DNA of 64,000 nucleotides from Adineta vaga (lineage: Eukaryota; Animalia; Rotifera). The DNA lies in NCBI GenBank assembly GCA_021613535.1, contig CP075493.1, forward strand, positions 10,077,179 through 10,141,178, read 5' to 3'. This document shows, piece by piece, positions 14,663 through 27,713 of the stretch. The notes under the pieces are model-generated. The model saw only the letters and a list, made by a program, of their open reading frames with translations. It was not told where the DNA came from and ran no database searches. The translations under genes and the position numbers were made by a program. Each line of letters starts with the position of its first letter. The first letter of the stretch is position 1.

Positions 14663-15628
14663 AGTTTGATGGTATTACAATGCTCACAGAATGATCTCGA
14701 TGTGCACTCTTACGGATTCTCTACGATAAAAAGAAAAAGACGAGCAGTTTGAGAGTGTTTATAAAATAATAGATATAGAAGAAAAGAAAAGATAAAGTTT
14801 CATGCAACTATAACACGAGTTGAATTCTTTAGAAGAAATTTCATAAAACAGATGTTTTTTATTCTTGCGTTGCTTTAACAGAGCACATTCATTGTCTTAA
14901 TTTATCAAATATGATGATAAAACAGTAGTTTATTATTCCTTACCGAGTGTATTCGGAAAAATAGTCATTTCTTTATGTTATTTTAAGTATCTCCCGATAA
15001 GATCATCGAACAAAACGGATGCTAATATATGAACACATGCATTCATCGCCAATACTGATTGACTTTTTTATTATCAAGTCTTATTCATCATGACTACGTC
15101 GCCTACTTATATTAAATAACTCATAACATCTAGAACTATAAACAGTCTTCATCAACCACAAATGTTGAGAAACATCATACCATACATCAATAGCGACATC
15201 TAATAAATGAAACATAGCTGTCTATTATATAAATTTTCTATGTCTACAGTCTGCATCCTGAATTGTGCAATTACTAGTCTTTATTCCAATAGATCAATAC
15301 TTCAACTTCAGTAATTGTAATATTCCTTTGACTCTCTATTTTTTGTCAAGTAAAGAAATCAAACAATGAATTTGTGCGAAGCAAGTGCACTCGCAAAACA
15401 GAAAAAAAGTACACACAACCGGCACACAAGAAGAAATATACAACAATAACAACATCAAGAAGGAATAAGAACAATAAATTTTCAATGTGTGAATGTACGA
15501 ATGAAAACAACAGAGAGAAAGATCTTGTTCAGTTCTTCTTTTCGAGCATGACAAGAGAAAAAAAGCAAATACGATTTATTTATATGTATATATATATATT
15601 TATATATCTGAGGAATCGTTTGGGTTGA

Positions 15629-16231
15629 TTATTCTTGTTCATCATCTTCATCATCCTCTTCATCGTCATCGCCACTTTCATTGGCACCGGACGCGGCAGC
15701 AGCAGCAGCAGCTCTTCGAGGATTCGATTTACCAGCAGATGCTTTTGAATCTCCTAAAAACACAACTCAGTGTAAGCAATATGACTTTCTTGTTAATAAA
15801 TTATTTACCTTCATCTTCACCATTTTCTCCAGTATCATCTTCGTCATAATCATCATCAGAAGCATCATCCTCATCGTAATCATCACCTTCTTGATCACCA
15901 CCGACTACCTGTAAAATGCAAGGAAAAGATTTCTAGTTCTTATCTTTCATATTCTCTTTCAAATCACATACGTCATCATCATCTTCATCGTCGTCATCGT
16001 GTAAATGTTCATCTCCATTTTTATGATTCGAAGATTCATCGTCAACTGGTCCATCACCATTTGTTCCATTACGTGCAGCCTTCAAAGCTTTCAATTTTGT
16101 TGGACTTATATCATCTAATTCCGCTTCACGCTTTGTGCCTAGACAAGAGAATTAATGTAGATACTTCAAGGTAATAGATCATGATTTACCTTTGGTAGGC
16201 GTTACAGTTGGTACGGATAGTGCATCAGTTG
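15629..16231 (-). CDS. Small, highly acidic protein of unknown function, 4 short exons.
   Basis: ATG at 16229-16231. Exons reconstructed as MADSTDALSVPTVTPTK | GTKREAELDDISPTKLKALKAARNG...DDDDEDDDD | VVGGDQEGDDYDEDDASDDDYDEDD... | GDSKASAGKSNPRRAAAAAAASGANESGDDDEEDDEDDEQE*. Phases are consistent across three roughly 50-60 nt introns. Confidence 0.5.
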
Positions 16232-17758
16232 AATCAGCCATTGGTTAAGTTCAATTATTTTATAAGAAGCAAATTGTAGTTGTGTAAATGTGCGAGGATA
16301 TATGGAAGAATCAAGTCGACATAGGCCCAAAGAGAGAGAATATGACAAGCAGCTATTTCTTCTCTTTTCTTTTCTTGCAGCGATTGCCGAGTGTGTATAT
16401 GTGTACGACGTCGTCGTCTGTCCTCGCTTAGCTCGTTCCTTTTATATGAAGCTATGTGCGTGTCCTTTTACTGCTGCCGCCGTTCTTTGGCACATAGTCA
16501 TATAGCATAATGAGAGAGAAAAAATCTTCGCTCGTTCGTTCTTTATTTTCCACCAATCCATCGTGCTGATGTTAGTCGACAATGATGACGTTACACAGAC
16601 AGAATATATGGCAAACAATGGATTTTCTCTGTATAGTCGAGAGAAAACGACGGGCAAAGATGACGACAAGCATAAACTGTGAATTGAATAGCGTCAGTGC
16701 AAGCGAACAAATTTTATAATGTTTTCTTTAGCTTGAAGAAATTGGAAAACAGCCATTTTCTCTATACTACATCGGTGAAATTAACAAAGAAATAGATAGA
16801 TATCATCAAAATTAGACTGAATGATCTTTCCATGTAATGTCAAATATTTGCATTATAGAGCAAAAAAGTGATACACTGTAAGAAATATTTTAAAAACAAA
16901 GGATTGTTTGCATGAAATACGAAATATCTGAAGTGAAAAAACAGTACTTATCTATTTAAGATATTTTTAGTTGAGATTAATCTGGACTGAATAATATTTG
17001 GGGTGATTCACTGATGATAATTTTATAGACTTACATACTACGTATGATGCATTGTTTCATGAATGATATACTTGCCTCTTTTAAATACAATTCAGAAGAT
17101 TCTTTTTAGTCGTATTTATAAGAAATAATTTAGATGTCATTCTATTAAAAAATAATGCGTAAAATTAAGAGTATGCATTGTATTAAGCAATAGCAAATCG
17201 AATGAAAGAATGAATGAATATAACATACTCATTCTGTTATGTGAAAAACAACGAACCAATCGAATATGTTCAATATCAATAGATGTAGATATGCTGTCTT
17301 TTCATTCAATGTCAGATAAGAAATTTGATTGATAAAATACAATAAATCATTCATAAATGTGGGAATGTTTCTTTCCAAACTTGCTCTTTTGATCTATGTG
17401 ATGTTTTTCTTCATCTAAGAAGATGAATAAATAGATATACTTATGAAATTCGATTGACGTTCAGGTGTAAGATTCATATTGTCTTATTTTGACGAATTGC
17501 ATAATCAGTTTCGTTGTGTTTCTTTTCTTTCGTTGACACATCATTGTTAGGAAAGTTTGTTGTATTTTTCTCTGAAGATTGTGCAATTCTTATGAGAGAG
17601 ACAAAAACAATTAAATCAAATATGATTATCATGTTTAACATATACTTGGATATACAAGATTAAGATAAAAGAATATATTTTTGATGATTATAAATTTTGT
17701 TATTTCATTTTTAAAGAACTTTCTGACAGTACTACTTTTCTCACTATGAATATATTGT

Positions 17759-18345
17759 TCATTTTGTGTTTGGACGTCGAATGGCACTAATAATTTCTGA
17801 TGCTGATGTATTACTCAATTGTTTGATACTATTATTATTCAATGATATTGATGATGTTGTAAGATTTGATGATGTTGATCGTACTGGAACACGTAAGTTA
17901 CTGTACAGATTTGTGAATAACGATGTTAATAATAATGGTGCTTGATTTTCTATGACATTAATGAGTTTTTTGCCTACGTCAGGATTGAGCATTTCTTTCA
18001 GACCAGTTGCCATGATTTGACCAACAATAGTACCAAGACGATCTAGTGGAAGAATGGATAGAACTGTTGCTGCCGTATCAGTATTGGAAATTTCAGCATC
18101 TTGTTGGCGACGATTACGAACTTGGAAGGCACCGTGATGAACGGTAGATGATCGATTTTTGTCATGTGATAGAAGATCTGTTTTATTTTGTTTCGATTCT
18201 AAAGAGAAATAGAAATGAAGATATCGAAGATAAGTTATTTTGGATAGAAAAATTTCTAACTTGAACTATTCTTCCATGCTTGACAGTGATCAATTGTAAG
18301 ATGTAAGAGAATTGTTACAACAATGAATAAACTTGTTTTGATCAT
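17759..18345 (-). CDS. Small secreted protein, possibly a prohormone-like precursor, 2 exons: 18264..18345 and 17759..18192 (approximate).
   Basis: N-terminal signal peptide MIKTSLFIVVTILLHLTIDHCQA. Donor caa|gttaga and acceptor tctctttag are phase-compatible. The body contains a dibasic site (RNRR) and a G-K-K motif (LNPDVGKK), both typical of peptide precursors. Confidence 0.45.
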
Positions 18346-19151
18346 TATTATTTCGAATGAAGATAAAACCTATTTTTGTTGTTATTCTTATAGAGATACC
18401 AGCTGTAGACGAACATCCTCTTCATAAAGTAAATATGTACAGTATACAAGATGAAGGTAATTATAGTATTATCAGAATAACAAAGCTAACCTGTAGTTTT
18501 AATCATTATCTATTGATCCAACGAATGCAAATATCTATATAGATAGAACATAATTATTTGATCGTTCGATGTCTCAATTGACTTTTCTTTCCATTAGATA
18601 TATCTGAATCGATTTTATTCTATACTTAACAATAATGTATTAATACTATGAAGGTGAGTAATTCAAATTAAATAGAAACAAGATGATTAATCCATTATAT
18701 ATTCATGTGTAGAATTTAATAATTCTCTCTCTCTCTCTCCTTAACCTATGAATTTTGAGTTGCATAATAAGTTAAATATCGTAATACTAATTCAAAGGAA
18801 ACAAAATCGTAGAAGAATTAGACATTTTCAGTTCGACAGAGACTTTCTGTTCTTATGATTTGAAACCAATCTTAACAAATCAAATACTAATTTGAACAAA
18901 TTTCTGTAGTTGCCCTTCGAATAGTAGATGTACTAAATGCAAATTATAGTTTATTGATTACATTTATCGTTGAATTCGATAAAGTTCTTTGATTATTTGC
19001 AGATTGAAGTATCATTGTCGACTTTATTTTTAAAAAAACAGTTATAATCAAAACAAACGATATAACTGAAACAAAGTCTTGATGATCTTTTCTTATTTCT
19101 TTTTCTTCTTAACAAGAAATGTTTCTGATGTTTGCGTTGTAATTATTTCAT

Positions 19152-19879
19152 TTAATCTCGTGGTACATCAACTTGACCATTATTAATTTGGTTAATAACA
19201 TCATGTGGATGTGAACCTTCTACTTTGCAACCAACTGATTGAGCTGTGCCTGGAAAAGAAAGAACGAAAAAAACACAATAAAATATCGATAGTTTTATTA
19301 ATAGATATACCAAGAATTTCTTTCACTGTTCCGTCGAATGTTTTGGCTAATGATCTTACACGCATAACTCGGGCGATTTTATAAATTTCATCAAGTGAAA
19401 TATTGCCATCATGTTTAACTAAATAATTAATAATAAATAAAAATAGAAGTTTAGTTTCCAACAGATTTCTACTGACTATTTTTTTGTTTCTTTCGATCAC
19501 GTGGTGGTTCTTTAAGTGCTTTGATAACAAGTGATGATGCTGATGGAATAACATCAATTTTAGCATTACGATTTTGGACAGTTAATTTGACTGTTACACG
19601 CATGCCTTTCCAGTCACCTGTTGCTTTAGCAATATCATCACCCACTTTTTTTGGTGACTATGCATAACCAAAATATATAAAGGATTTTCATTGAGCAAAA
19701 CAAGAATTACTTACGAGACCGAGAGGACCGATCTTTGGAGCTAATGATGAGCCACCAGGTGCTTCACCACCGGTCACACGGACCATGACTAAAGATAAAA
19801 AAAATATAAAACCAAATCAAAGAAAATTGAAAGTTGATTTACTTTCATAAACGGCTGTTGGATCAAATTTTGGACCCAT
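19152..19879 (-). CDS. RPL12: 60S ribosomal protein L12 (uL11), about 4 exons.
   Basis: [12 protein letters not shown] | ...[151 protein letters not shown]. Near-identical to the eukaryotic L12 consensus. Confidence 0.9.
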
Positions 19880-21456
19880 GATATATTGTTACGAGTGTTT
19901 GAAAATGAAAGATCTACAAAGAAAAACATAAAATAATATCCGTTATTAAGAAACTTTCGTTGTTTCTTTCAAAATTGAATATCGATTTGTGACGAAGAAC
20001 CACTATTTACATTTATTATGGATATTCTATGGAATACTTTAGAACAAATCATAAGAGATAAATGTCGATTTCATGCAAGAGATTTTCAATATGTTTATGA
20101 GATAAATCAAATTCATTTGAGGTTTTTCCTTTTTTCTAATTTCACCAAAATATAATTGAGAAACTTTTCCTAGTTCTGAATTCTGACATCTAACATAGAT
20201 GTCGCTGCTCGATATTAATAAAATCTACTCTATTTTTATTTATCAATGATCAATGTTTTATCTTTAGAGAACAAAAGTGGTGAGAAAAGACTACGTGCTT
20301 TCATTTTTGTTATTCTGTTATTTTAATGATACAAATAGAGATTTTTTTAAATTTTCATTGCAAAATGATTGTTCATCAAAAATTAATTTCTACGAATGAT
20401 CTTTAATGGATTGATATTAACCGAGAAGGTTTTTAGTAGCATCTTGATAGGATTGTACGTTCAGTTAAAAAAAAGACTTGTGAAGGAATGTTTTCATGAT
20501 AATATAAAGAACTAATATTTCTTCCATTAGAAAAGGAAAGAAATCTCCGGGATCGGAACATGATATGAATTTACATTAAAATTCTGAAATATATATATAT
20601 ATAGTTTTAATATATGAAGAGTATTTTATCATGAACAAACTAGATGAGTAAACCATACCAACTGCTAGGTACATTACATAGAAATTTACCATAAGGAAAA
20701 CAAAACTTTCAATAATGTTCGCCTCGCTCTTTAAGTTCATACTATGATCAATTAAGATATGTTTTACTTCTCTTTATGTGATTGATATACTATTTTTATC
20801 TCAGTTTTGATGGTGTACAAAATATTTTCAATGTATCGAAACTACGATGTGTTCAAGCTCTTGAGAATGAATGAATGAATGGCATTGGGAAGTTTAGATT
20901 TTTCAAAATTGAATTTAGAGTCTTATACGTTTTAAAGTATCTTCTAGTTTTTTAATTAATCATTCTAATCGTAGAAGATTTTCTTAGAATTTTAATGCAA
21001 ATAGCTTTTCTATCTTTATCTCAGAAAGAAAATTCCGCGAATAATGAATGTCCTTATTCGTATGAGAATATCAAAAAAGCACTTATCTTTGATGTAAAAC
21101 CAATAATTATGAGGTTTGTTCATAATTATAATCAGTCATGCAAATAAAAGTCTTGATCATATTACATCATGACATGCAAAGGAAAACCTAAAGTAAAATG
21201 TTCATTTTCAATTATCTAGACAACGATTGTTTCCGTAAGAAAGGATCTGTTCGCTTTATCTTTTCATTGACTTATTTTGCTTTTGAATTCACATATTGAA
21301 GAAGTAACATGTTCAAAAGATATTAAGGAAGTGATTCTTTTTATTTGTCATTCATTTATTCATTCAGACGGTACAAGAAAAGACAGTAACTTTATTGAAA
21401 ATGAAGATTCTTTCTTGTTTGTGTCCAAAATACTACTTTTCTTTGTCTTCCATTGT

Positions 21457-22020
21457 TTAACGAAGATAGATTGAATTGACAATTTCATTCATCACTTCCA
21501 TGGGTGGTTTGTTAATTTGTTTACGTTTTTTTAATGTTTGATGTCCTCCAGCAGTATAAAATGATGATCGTTTGTTGACTGATCCACTGAATGGAGTGTA
21601 ATCATCACCATCGTCATCATTAACAGCATTTTGATTAAGTCGCGTAAACCATTTTGGCACAGTCATTTCATTCTCATTAGAATGGGACATGAGAAATTGA
21701 TTAGCATGTGTTCGCGGTTGTCCAAACCAGACAGATGATGATGATGATGGTGCAGAATTTTTTTGATCATAAGTGGAGGGTAATGGTGCTGATGCCAATG
21801 AATCATACATAGATGGTTCGGAGTTTCTATCCATATTTTTGACTGATTCAAGAGGATTTAATGATGGTGTAGGTGAAGAAGAAACATAAGGTAAAAATGC
21901 AACAAAAAGAACAAATATCGTACTGATCATCAAAAATTGTGAAAAAAAGGAATGCGAACCAATTGAAAAAGGACGTAAAATATAATATAAAACTGAGCTA
22001 ATCGATTCTTTGCTTGTCAT
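21457..22020 (-). CDS. Orphan single-exon ORF of 187 aa with an N-terminal hydrophobic anchor and a Ser-rich middle. Hypothetical.
   Basis: This is the only long ORF in a 4.4 kb gene-poor stretch. Composition is protein-like but I recognise no domain. It could be the 3' exon of a gene whose upstream exons I cannot see. Confidence 0.25.
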   Translation of the reverse strand: MTSKESISSVLYYILRPFSIGSHSFFSQFLMISTIFVLFVAFLPYVSSSPTPSLNPLESVKNMDRNSEPSMYDSLASAPLPSTYDQKNSAPSSSSSVWFGQPRTHANQFLMSHSNENEMTVPKWFTRLNQNAVNDDDGDDYTPFSGSVNKRSSFYTAGGHQTLKKRKQINKPPMEVMNEIVNSIYLR

Positions 22021-24307
22021 ATTTGTACGATGTTTTATAATATATTGAATATATGAGAAAAAACAACAGGGCAGTTATCTGAAATAGAATGAAGATTATT
22101 TCTTAGACTTTATTTCTCTCAATTTTCTTTCTCTCTCTCTCTTCGTCAGTTTTATAGATAGCCGAGCTAATTAAAGATTATCAAACATGACAGACAAGCG
22201 TAATACGTTTTATATAAGAAAAACTCCAAGTAGGCGAAAAGATAATAGGAAAAAAAACAATAATTTACTCATTAAAAATAATCTTTTCTATCACAAAATT
22301 GACATTTATAGAAATCCAGACGAGTATTTATCTTATAATAATATATAGTTAACGCAATGGTTAAATGCATTTATTTCTATTCAGTCAACAATATTTAACA
22401 ACTGAGGTTCTACTCATAAAAAAAATATATAGTCGAACAATATACCTTTGTCTAAAGAAAGTTCATTGAATGGATCTGTTTAGCATCATACAGGAACTTA
22501 TATAGAAAAACGTAGAAGACTATCAGTCAGCTACACCTGCTTTGTTTAAAAAGGCGTTAAAAGAAATGAGAGAGAGAGAGAGAAAAATGTATAAGAGGAA
22601 AATACTTTTTATCTATAATTATTTAGCCAATTGACAAGAACGTTTATGAAAACTATATACGCTTCGATGAAACTCTTTTGTTAAAAAAAATCTAATATTC
22701 TATCAGATAAAAAAAAACCGAATAAATCGGATAGATATTCGTATAGTGCAATATAGTTTCATTGAGCTTTAGAATAAACTGGTGTGTATAATCAAGTTTG
22801 CGGGAAAAGGTGTACATCTATTATGTTACTTGTTAAAGATGATCCTTTTGGATTTAATATCCTAATAAACTTCGTTAGATGTATAATATAATGACGAGAG
22901 AATAGAAAAGTGTAAGATAATGATGAATACACAATTTATGTAGTTACCACATATTTCAAGAGTTGCATTGACGTAAGAGAAATCATTGTAATCTAAATAA
23001 CTCTTCAAAAAAAGAATGTTTTAATGTCCTCGACAATATCGAATTCCTTCCGTAAGAACATTATCATCAAAAAAACTAAATGATTAACTCTATTATATAA
23101 AAATATATAGTAAAACTATCATTTAATTTTCTAATAGTTACCTATGACAATACAATTAACGAAAAGAAATTATATTGCGTAGATGCATGTTCCTAAAAAC
23201 GATTTTGTTTTATCTATGATTTCTCTTCTCAATTGATAGAAAAATATTCATGATATTCTCCTCTCACTTACTTATTTCCATTTCCGATAACAAATGCACT
23301 TTTGTTATATTTTAGAGAGCAAAATCAAATATGGAACACAAAATGTTTTGATTTACCTTACAAAAAAAAATCATACTACTTTCATCTATTTTCTCTTTCT
23401 TTTGAGTGGGCTGAATACTCTCTGCTTCCATTCTTGCATCCATAAGCGGACATTTCATCGGAAGTCAATCTTTTACTAATGTTGATATCAAGTGATTGCC
23501 TATGAAACAACATTTTGTTGATTACAAAGACATAAAACAGATCTTTTTTGCGACGGCAAATAATGCAACTTTCTTTTTTCAGATTATATGAATATCAACG
23601 TGCATATTCAACATATAGAGTACTTTAAGTTGCATGTAATTTATCTCAAGAAGCAATGCTTGCATTTAATTAAGATAAAACTACAAAAAGTTTCTGAAAC
23701 CTACTTATATCGATGACGATGACGTAAACCAATTGACACTAAATGACCTAAATTTCAACATATACGATTTCTGTTTGTTTTTATTCGAATAGTGTTTTGA
23801 GAATATAATGTCATCAACGTAGAGTAGTATCGTTAGTATATCTGGAGGGTATACTATTTATTGTTGGGTTAAAAAAACCTGACTCCATTACTAAGATTAG
23901 TGATTGCGTTTGCATGTGTATTCAATAGATAATAAATAATTGAATACTTTTTATCCTCTACATATGAATGTGGTTGATCAAAAATCAAATTATACAAGGA
24001 CTGATGTGAATTTTTGTACTTTATGACTTAACAAATGTTGGGAAGAAACGATTTTATAAATAAGAAGTGAAACGCCTTACGTAGGGCTCAATAAAAATGA
24101 GTTTTTTAATTAAAAATCTATTTATAATGTAATCAATTGATCTTTTCAACTAAGATTAATTTCGAAATACGAAATAGTATTGAAATTTAGGATATCTGTT
24201 ATCAATGTAAATCGATGTTTTAATCGTCCAGAAATATCAAACATTGTATATAAATAGAACAGAAAAAAAACATTTCATCAAAACGATACACACTTTCTAT
24301 TTTATCC

Positions 24308-26519
24308 ATGAAAGTAAAGAATAGAACTCAGCGTTCATCTCGTACTCATCGACATCAACTTTCACATATTCATGCTTGGATTAAATATAAATCAGATAAT
24401 ATATTTTCAGCAGGTCCTGTAGTAATCATTCCTATTCTTGCTCTAATATCTATATGTCTTATTCTGATTTTCTCATCATTATATCTTTGGAGTGGAGAAG
24501 CCAATACATATTCGCAATCATTATGGGAAACATTCATGCGTACACTTGGTTTGAAAGAATTGTTGGTGTTTGCTTCTTTTTTGAATGAAAATCTTTTCTA
24601 GATCCTGGTTCTGCTGCTGAGGATACGGGAGGAATTCATCGATTTATTTCGGCAACAGTGACTATGTGTGGAATTTTTATTATATCAACATTGATCGGAG
24701 CATTAACAACAGGTATGGAAGGTAAATTAGCTGAATTACGGAAAGGACGCACCAGAGTCATTGAAACCAATCATACAAGTACATTAATTCTATTGAAAAA
24801 GAAAAGATGTCATTTTTTTAATTAATTCTTCTAGTTATACTCGGTTGGTCAGCAAAAATCTTTGATATAATCAATGAATTAAGCATTGCCAATGAAAATC
24901 AATCGAATCCATCGATTGTTATTTTAGCTTCGAAAGATCGTATTGAAATGCAAGAAATAATTACACAAAAAATTGATCGAAAACATCATAACACGAAAAT
25001 TATCTGTCGAAATGGCGATCCAATGTCTATTCATGATTTAAATATTCTCTCACCGAATCATGCACGATCAATAATTATCTTAGCACCAACCAATGAGAAT
25101 CCTGATGTAAGTGTTATTAAAACAATCTTAGCCATTACAAATAATCCTCAACGAACGAAATCAAAATTTCATATTGTTGCAGAAATTAAAGAACGTAATA
25201 ATATTGAAGTAGCACGTATTGCTGGTGAGAATAATTGTATATCAAATGATCAAAAAAATTCAATTGAAATCACTTTCTAGGTGCAGATGAAGTCGTTTTT
25301 GTTCATGCTGATGAAATTATCGCCAGAATTATAGCACAAAGCGGTCGTCAATCTGGTTTATCTGTCATTTTATCGATGTTACTTTCATTTAATTATAGTG
25401 AAATTTATTTCAAATCAGAACCATTATTAATTGGAAAAACATTTCATGAAATTCTATTTCTCTATCGTACAAGTACTGTCATCGGTCTGATGTTTGCGGA
25501 TGAAACAATCAAAATTTCTCCATCATCAGATACAATTCTTCAAGAAAATGATCAAATTATTGTTATTGCAGAAGATGATGATGCAATTATTTTACAAACA
25601 AGTTCTCCGTTAATCTATCCTTCAATATCTGCCTTAGTTCAAACAGATATTTCTGTTAAACCATCAATGAATATCAAACAAACAGATATAGAAAAAAATA
25701 TCATTCTTGGATGGAATTCTAAAGCATCTCTAATCGCTAAACAATTGGATAATTATGTGTCTGAAGGAAGTGAATTACATATTTTAACAAATATTGATAA
25801 AGCAACGAAAATTATAACCGAACAATTAGTAAATGAATTACAACGACAAAAGATTTATTTACATTCGGGTGATATTACTAATCGAAATGATTTAGAAAAA
25901 CTAAATTTGTAAATGAAATAAATTTCGTTTGTTTTTTCTTAATTAAAATTCTTTCTTTACTAGATATACTTATCATGATGTTATTCTTCTTGCAAATGAT
26001 ATTAGTAATGAACAAAAACATCAATTAGAAATGAATTCATCTGAAGCAGCTGATGCAGAATGTTTAATTTGTCTATTACATTTACGAAATTTAATCGATA
26101 AAAATCCTCGTCAAAAAACATTCAGTATTGTTACAGAAATGTTCGATATACGAAATCGAGAATTAGCCGAAATTACACGTGCAGATGATTTTATTGTTAG
26201 TCCAAATATTCTTTCGAAATATATTGCACAAATTAGTGAAAATAAAAATCTAACAAAAGTATTTGATGTTCTATTAACAGCAGATGGAGTAGAAATCTAT
26301 CTTCGACCGATTTCATTATTTACAAAACTAGGTATACCGGTTTCATTTAGTCGAATATTAGAAGCATCACTTAAACAACAAACATTAGCAATTGGATATC
26401 GACAAATGAAATATGCACAAGATCCAAATAAATTCTATGGAATAGTTTTAAATCCTGATAAAGACATTTCAATTATCTTTCGACATGATGATAGAATTAT
26501 TGTTCTCGCAGAAGAATAG
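24308..26519 (+). CDS. CASTOR/POLLUX/DMI1-like 2-TM ion channel with tandem RCK (TrkA-N) domains, at least 6 exons.
   Basis: TM1, pore helix (SLWETFMRTL | DPGSAAEDTGG) and TM2 are followed by ELRKGRTRVIETNHTVILGWSAKI...ICRNGDPMSIHDLNILSPNHARSIIILAP...AQSGRQSGLSVILSMLLSF..YFKSEPLLIGKTF..IIVIAEDDD. This is collinear with plant CASTOR (SLRKGRSEVVEQNHTLILGWSDKL...ARQPGLAQIWEDILGF...). Confidence 0.8.
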
Positions 26520-27445
26520 TTTAATATTGATCTATGTTCTCTATATAATAATAAAATCGTCTGAATTGATAACTTCTATTTATTTTTATTTGAATATTTC
26601 ATGATGTAGAACGGTATTTCTCGGTAAACGATCGAACTATTGTTGATTTGTTCGAAGTCTTATGAAATAAATGCTCACGATGAACTGCGCATTCATATCA
26701 ATCTAAGGAAAAATAAAGTCTAACATACCTTGAAGATTGTTTGCAGTTGATCCGATAAAGAACAACAGACGAATGGGAAAGTTAACACACACACATATAT
26801 ATATATAAGGAGTATGTTAATGAAACCTTCTTGATTTATTGTATTTCAAAAGAGTACTTGCCTAGAAAATATCTTCATTATTATTTATATGAATGATCTG
26901 TTCCTCGATTGGATGCCTTGAAAGTTTATATAGAACATAAAATTAATATAAATTTCTTTTTCTATAGACAGTTCATTTGTTATATATATATTAATTGATG
27001 GATTTTTGTTGTCTAAAATGAACTAGTCCTCCCACACGATGAATTATCTCTTTGCATGTTAGAATGTTTGATCTATGGATCTAAAGTCTATTTCTTTTAT
27101 CTTCGATCATAAATTATTCAGATTCATCATTTATATGTTTGTATGTATCACTTCGCCTTTTAATAACATGTTAACAAAAGTACCTAATTTACCTTTTTTT
27201 GAGTATTCGATTGTAATCGGCGTAGGTGTTTTCTCATTATCAAAGCTTTAAACCTTATAAATTTTTCATCTTGATGAGTTTTGATGTATCATATGTCATT
27301 TGTTTAGTTTCAAAAGATGATTTATTTTTCTCAACAGAGAAATCGTCTAATCTAATATTCATATTATCAAAAATAACCTTGAGTATCAGTCTATTTTCGA
27401 TGAAATTTCCAATCACAGCTTCGTTTTTATTTAAGAAAATGTTTA

Positions 27446-27490
27446 AAAAGAAAGAAAGAAAGAAAGAAAGAAAGAAGGAAAGAAAGAAAA
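27446..27490. repeat. (GAAA)n microsatellite.
   Basis: aagaaagaaagaaagaaagaaagaaggaaagaaagaaa. Track ORFs 27226..27504 and 27255..27494 are artefacts of this repeat. Confidence 0.9.
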
Positions 27491-27713
27491 ACACTTATAT
27501 TTAACTGAACAATTGATGTCGAATCCAAAGGTTAGTTTTCTAGAAAAGACTTACTGTTGTTGTGCATCATGTAACCAAGATAAAAACAACGATATGTGAT
27601 CCAACAACTTTTGTTTTGATCATGAATAAAGAAAAAGAAACAAACAAACAAATAAAATAACAAAAAAACAAATGTCGACATTTTTCTACTTGAAAAAAAA
27701 AAGAAGATTTTTT

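Noticed and set aside
27226-27504. Overlapping plus and minus ORFs ending in KKERKKERKK / FFLSFFLSFF
   Set aside because: These are translations of the (GAAA)n microsatellite, not genes.
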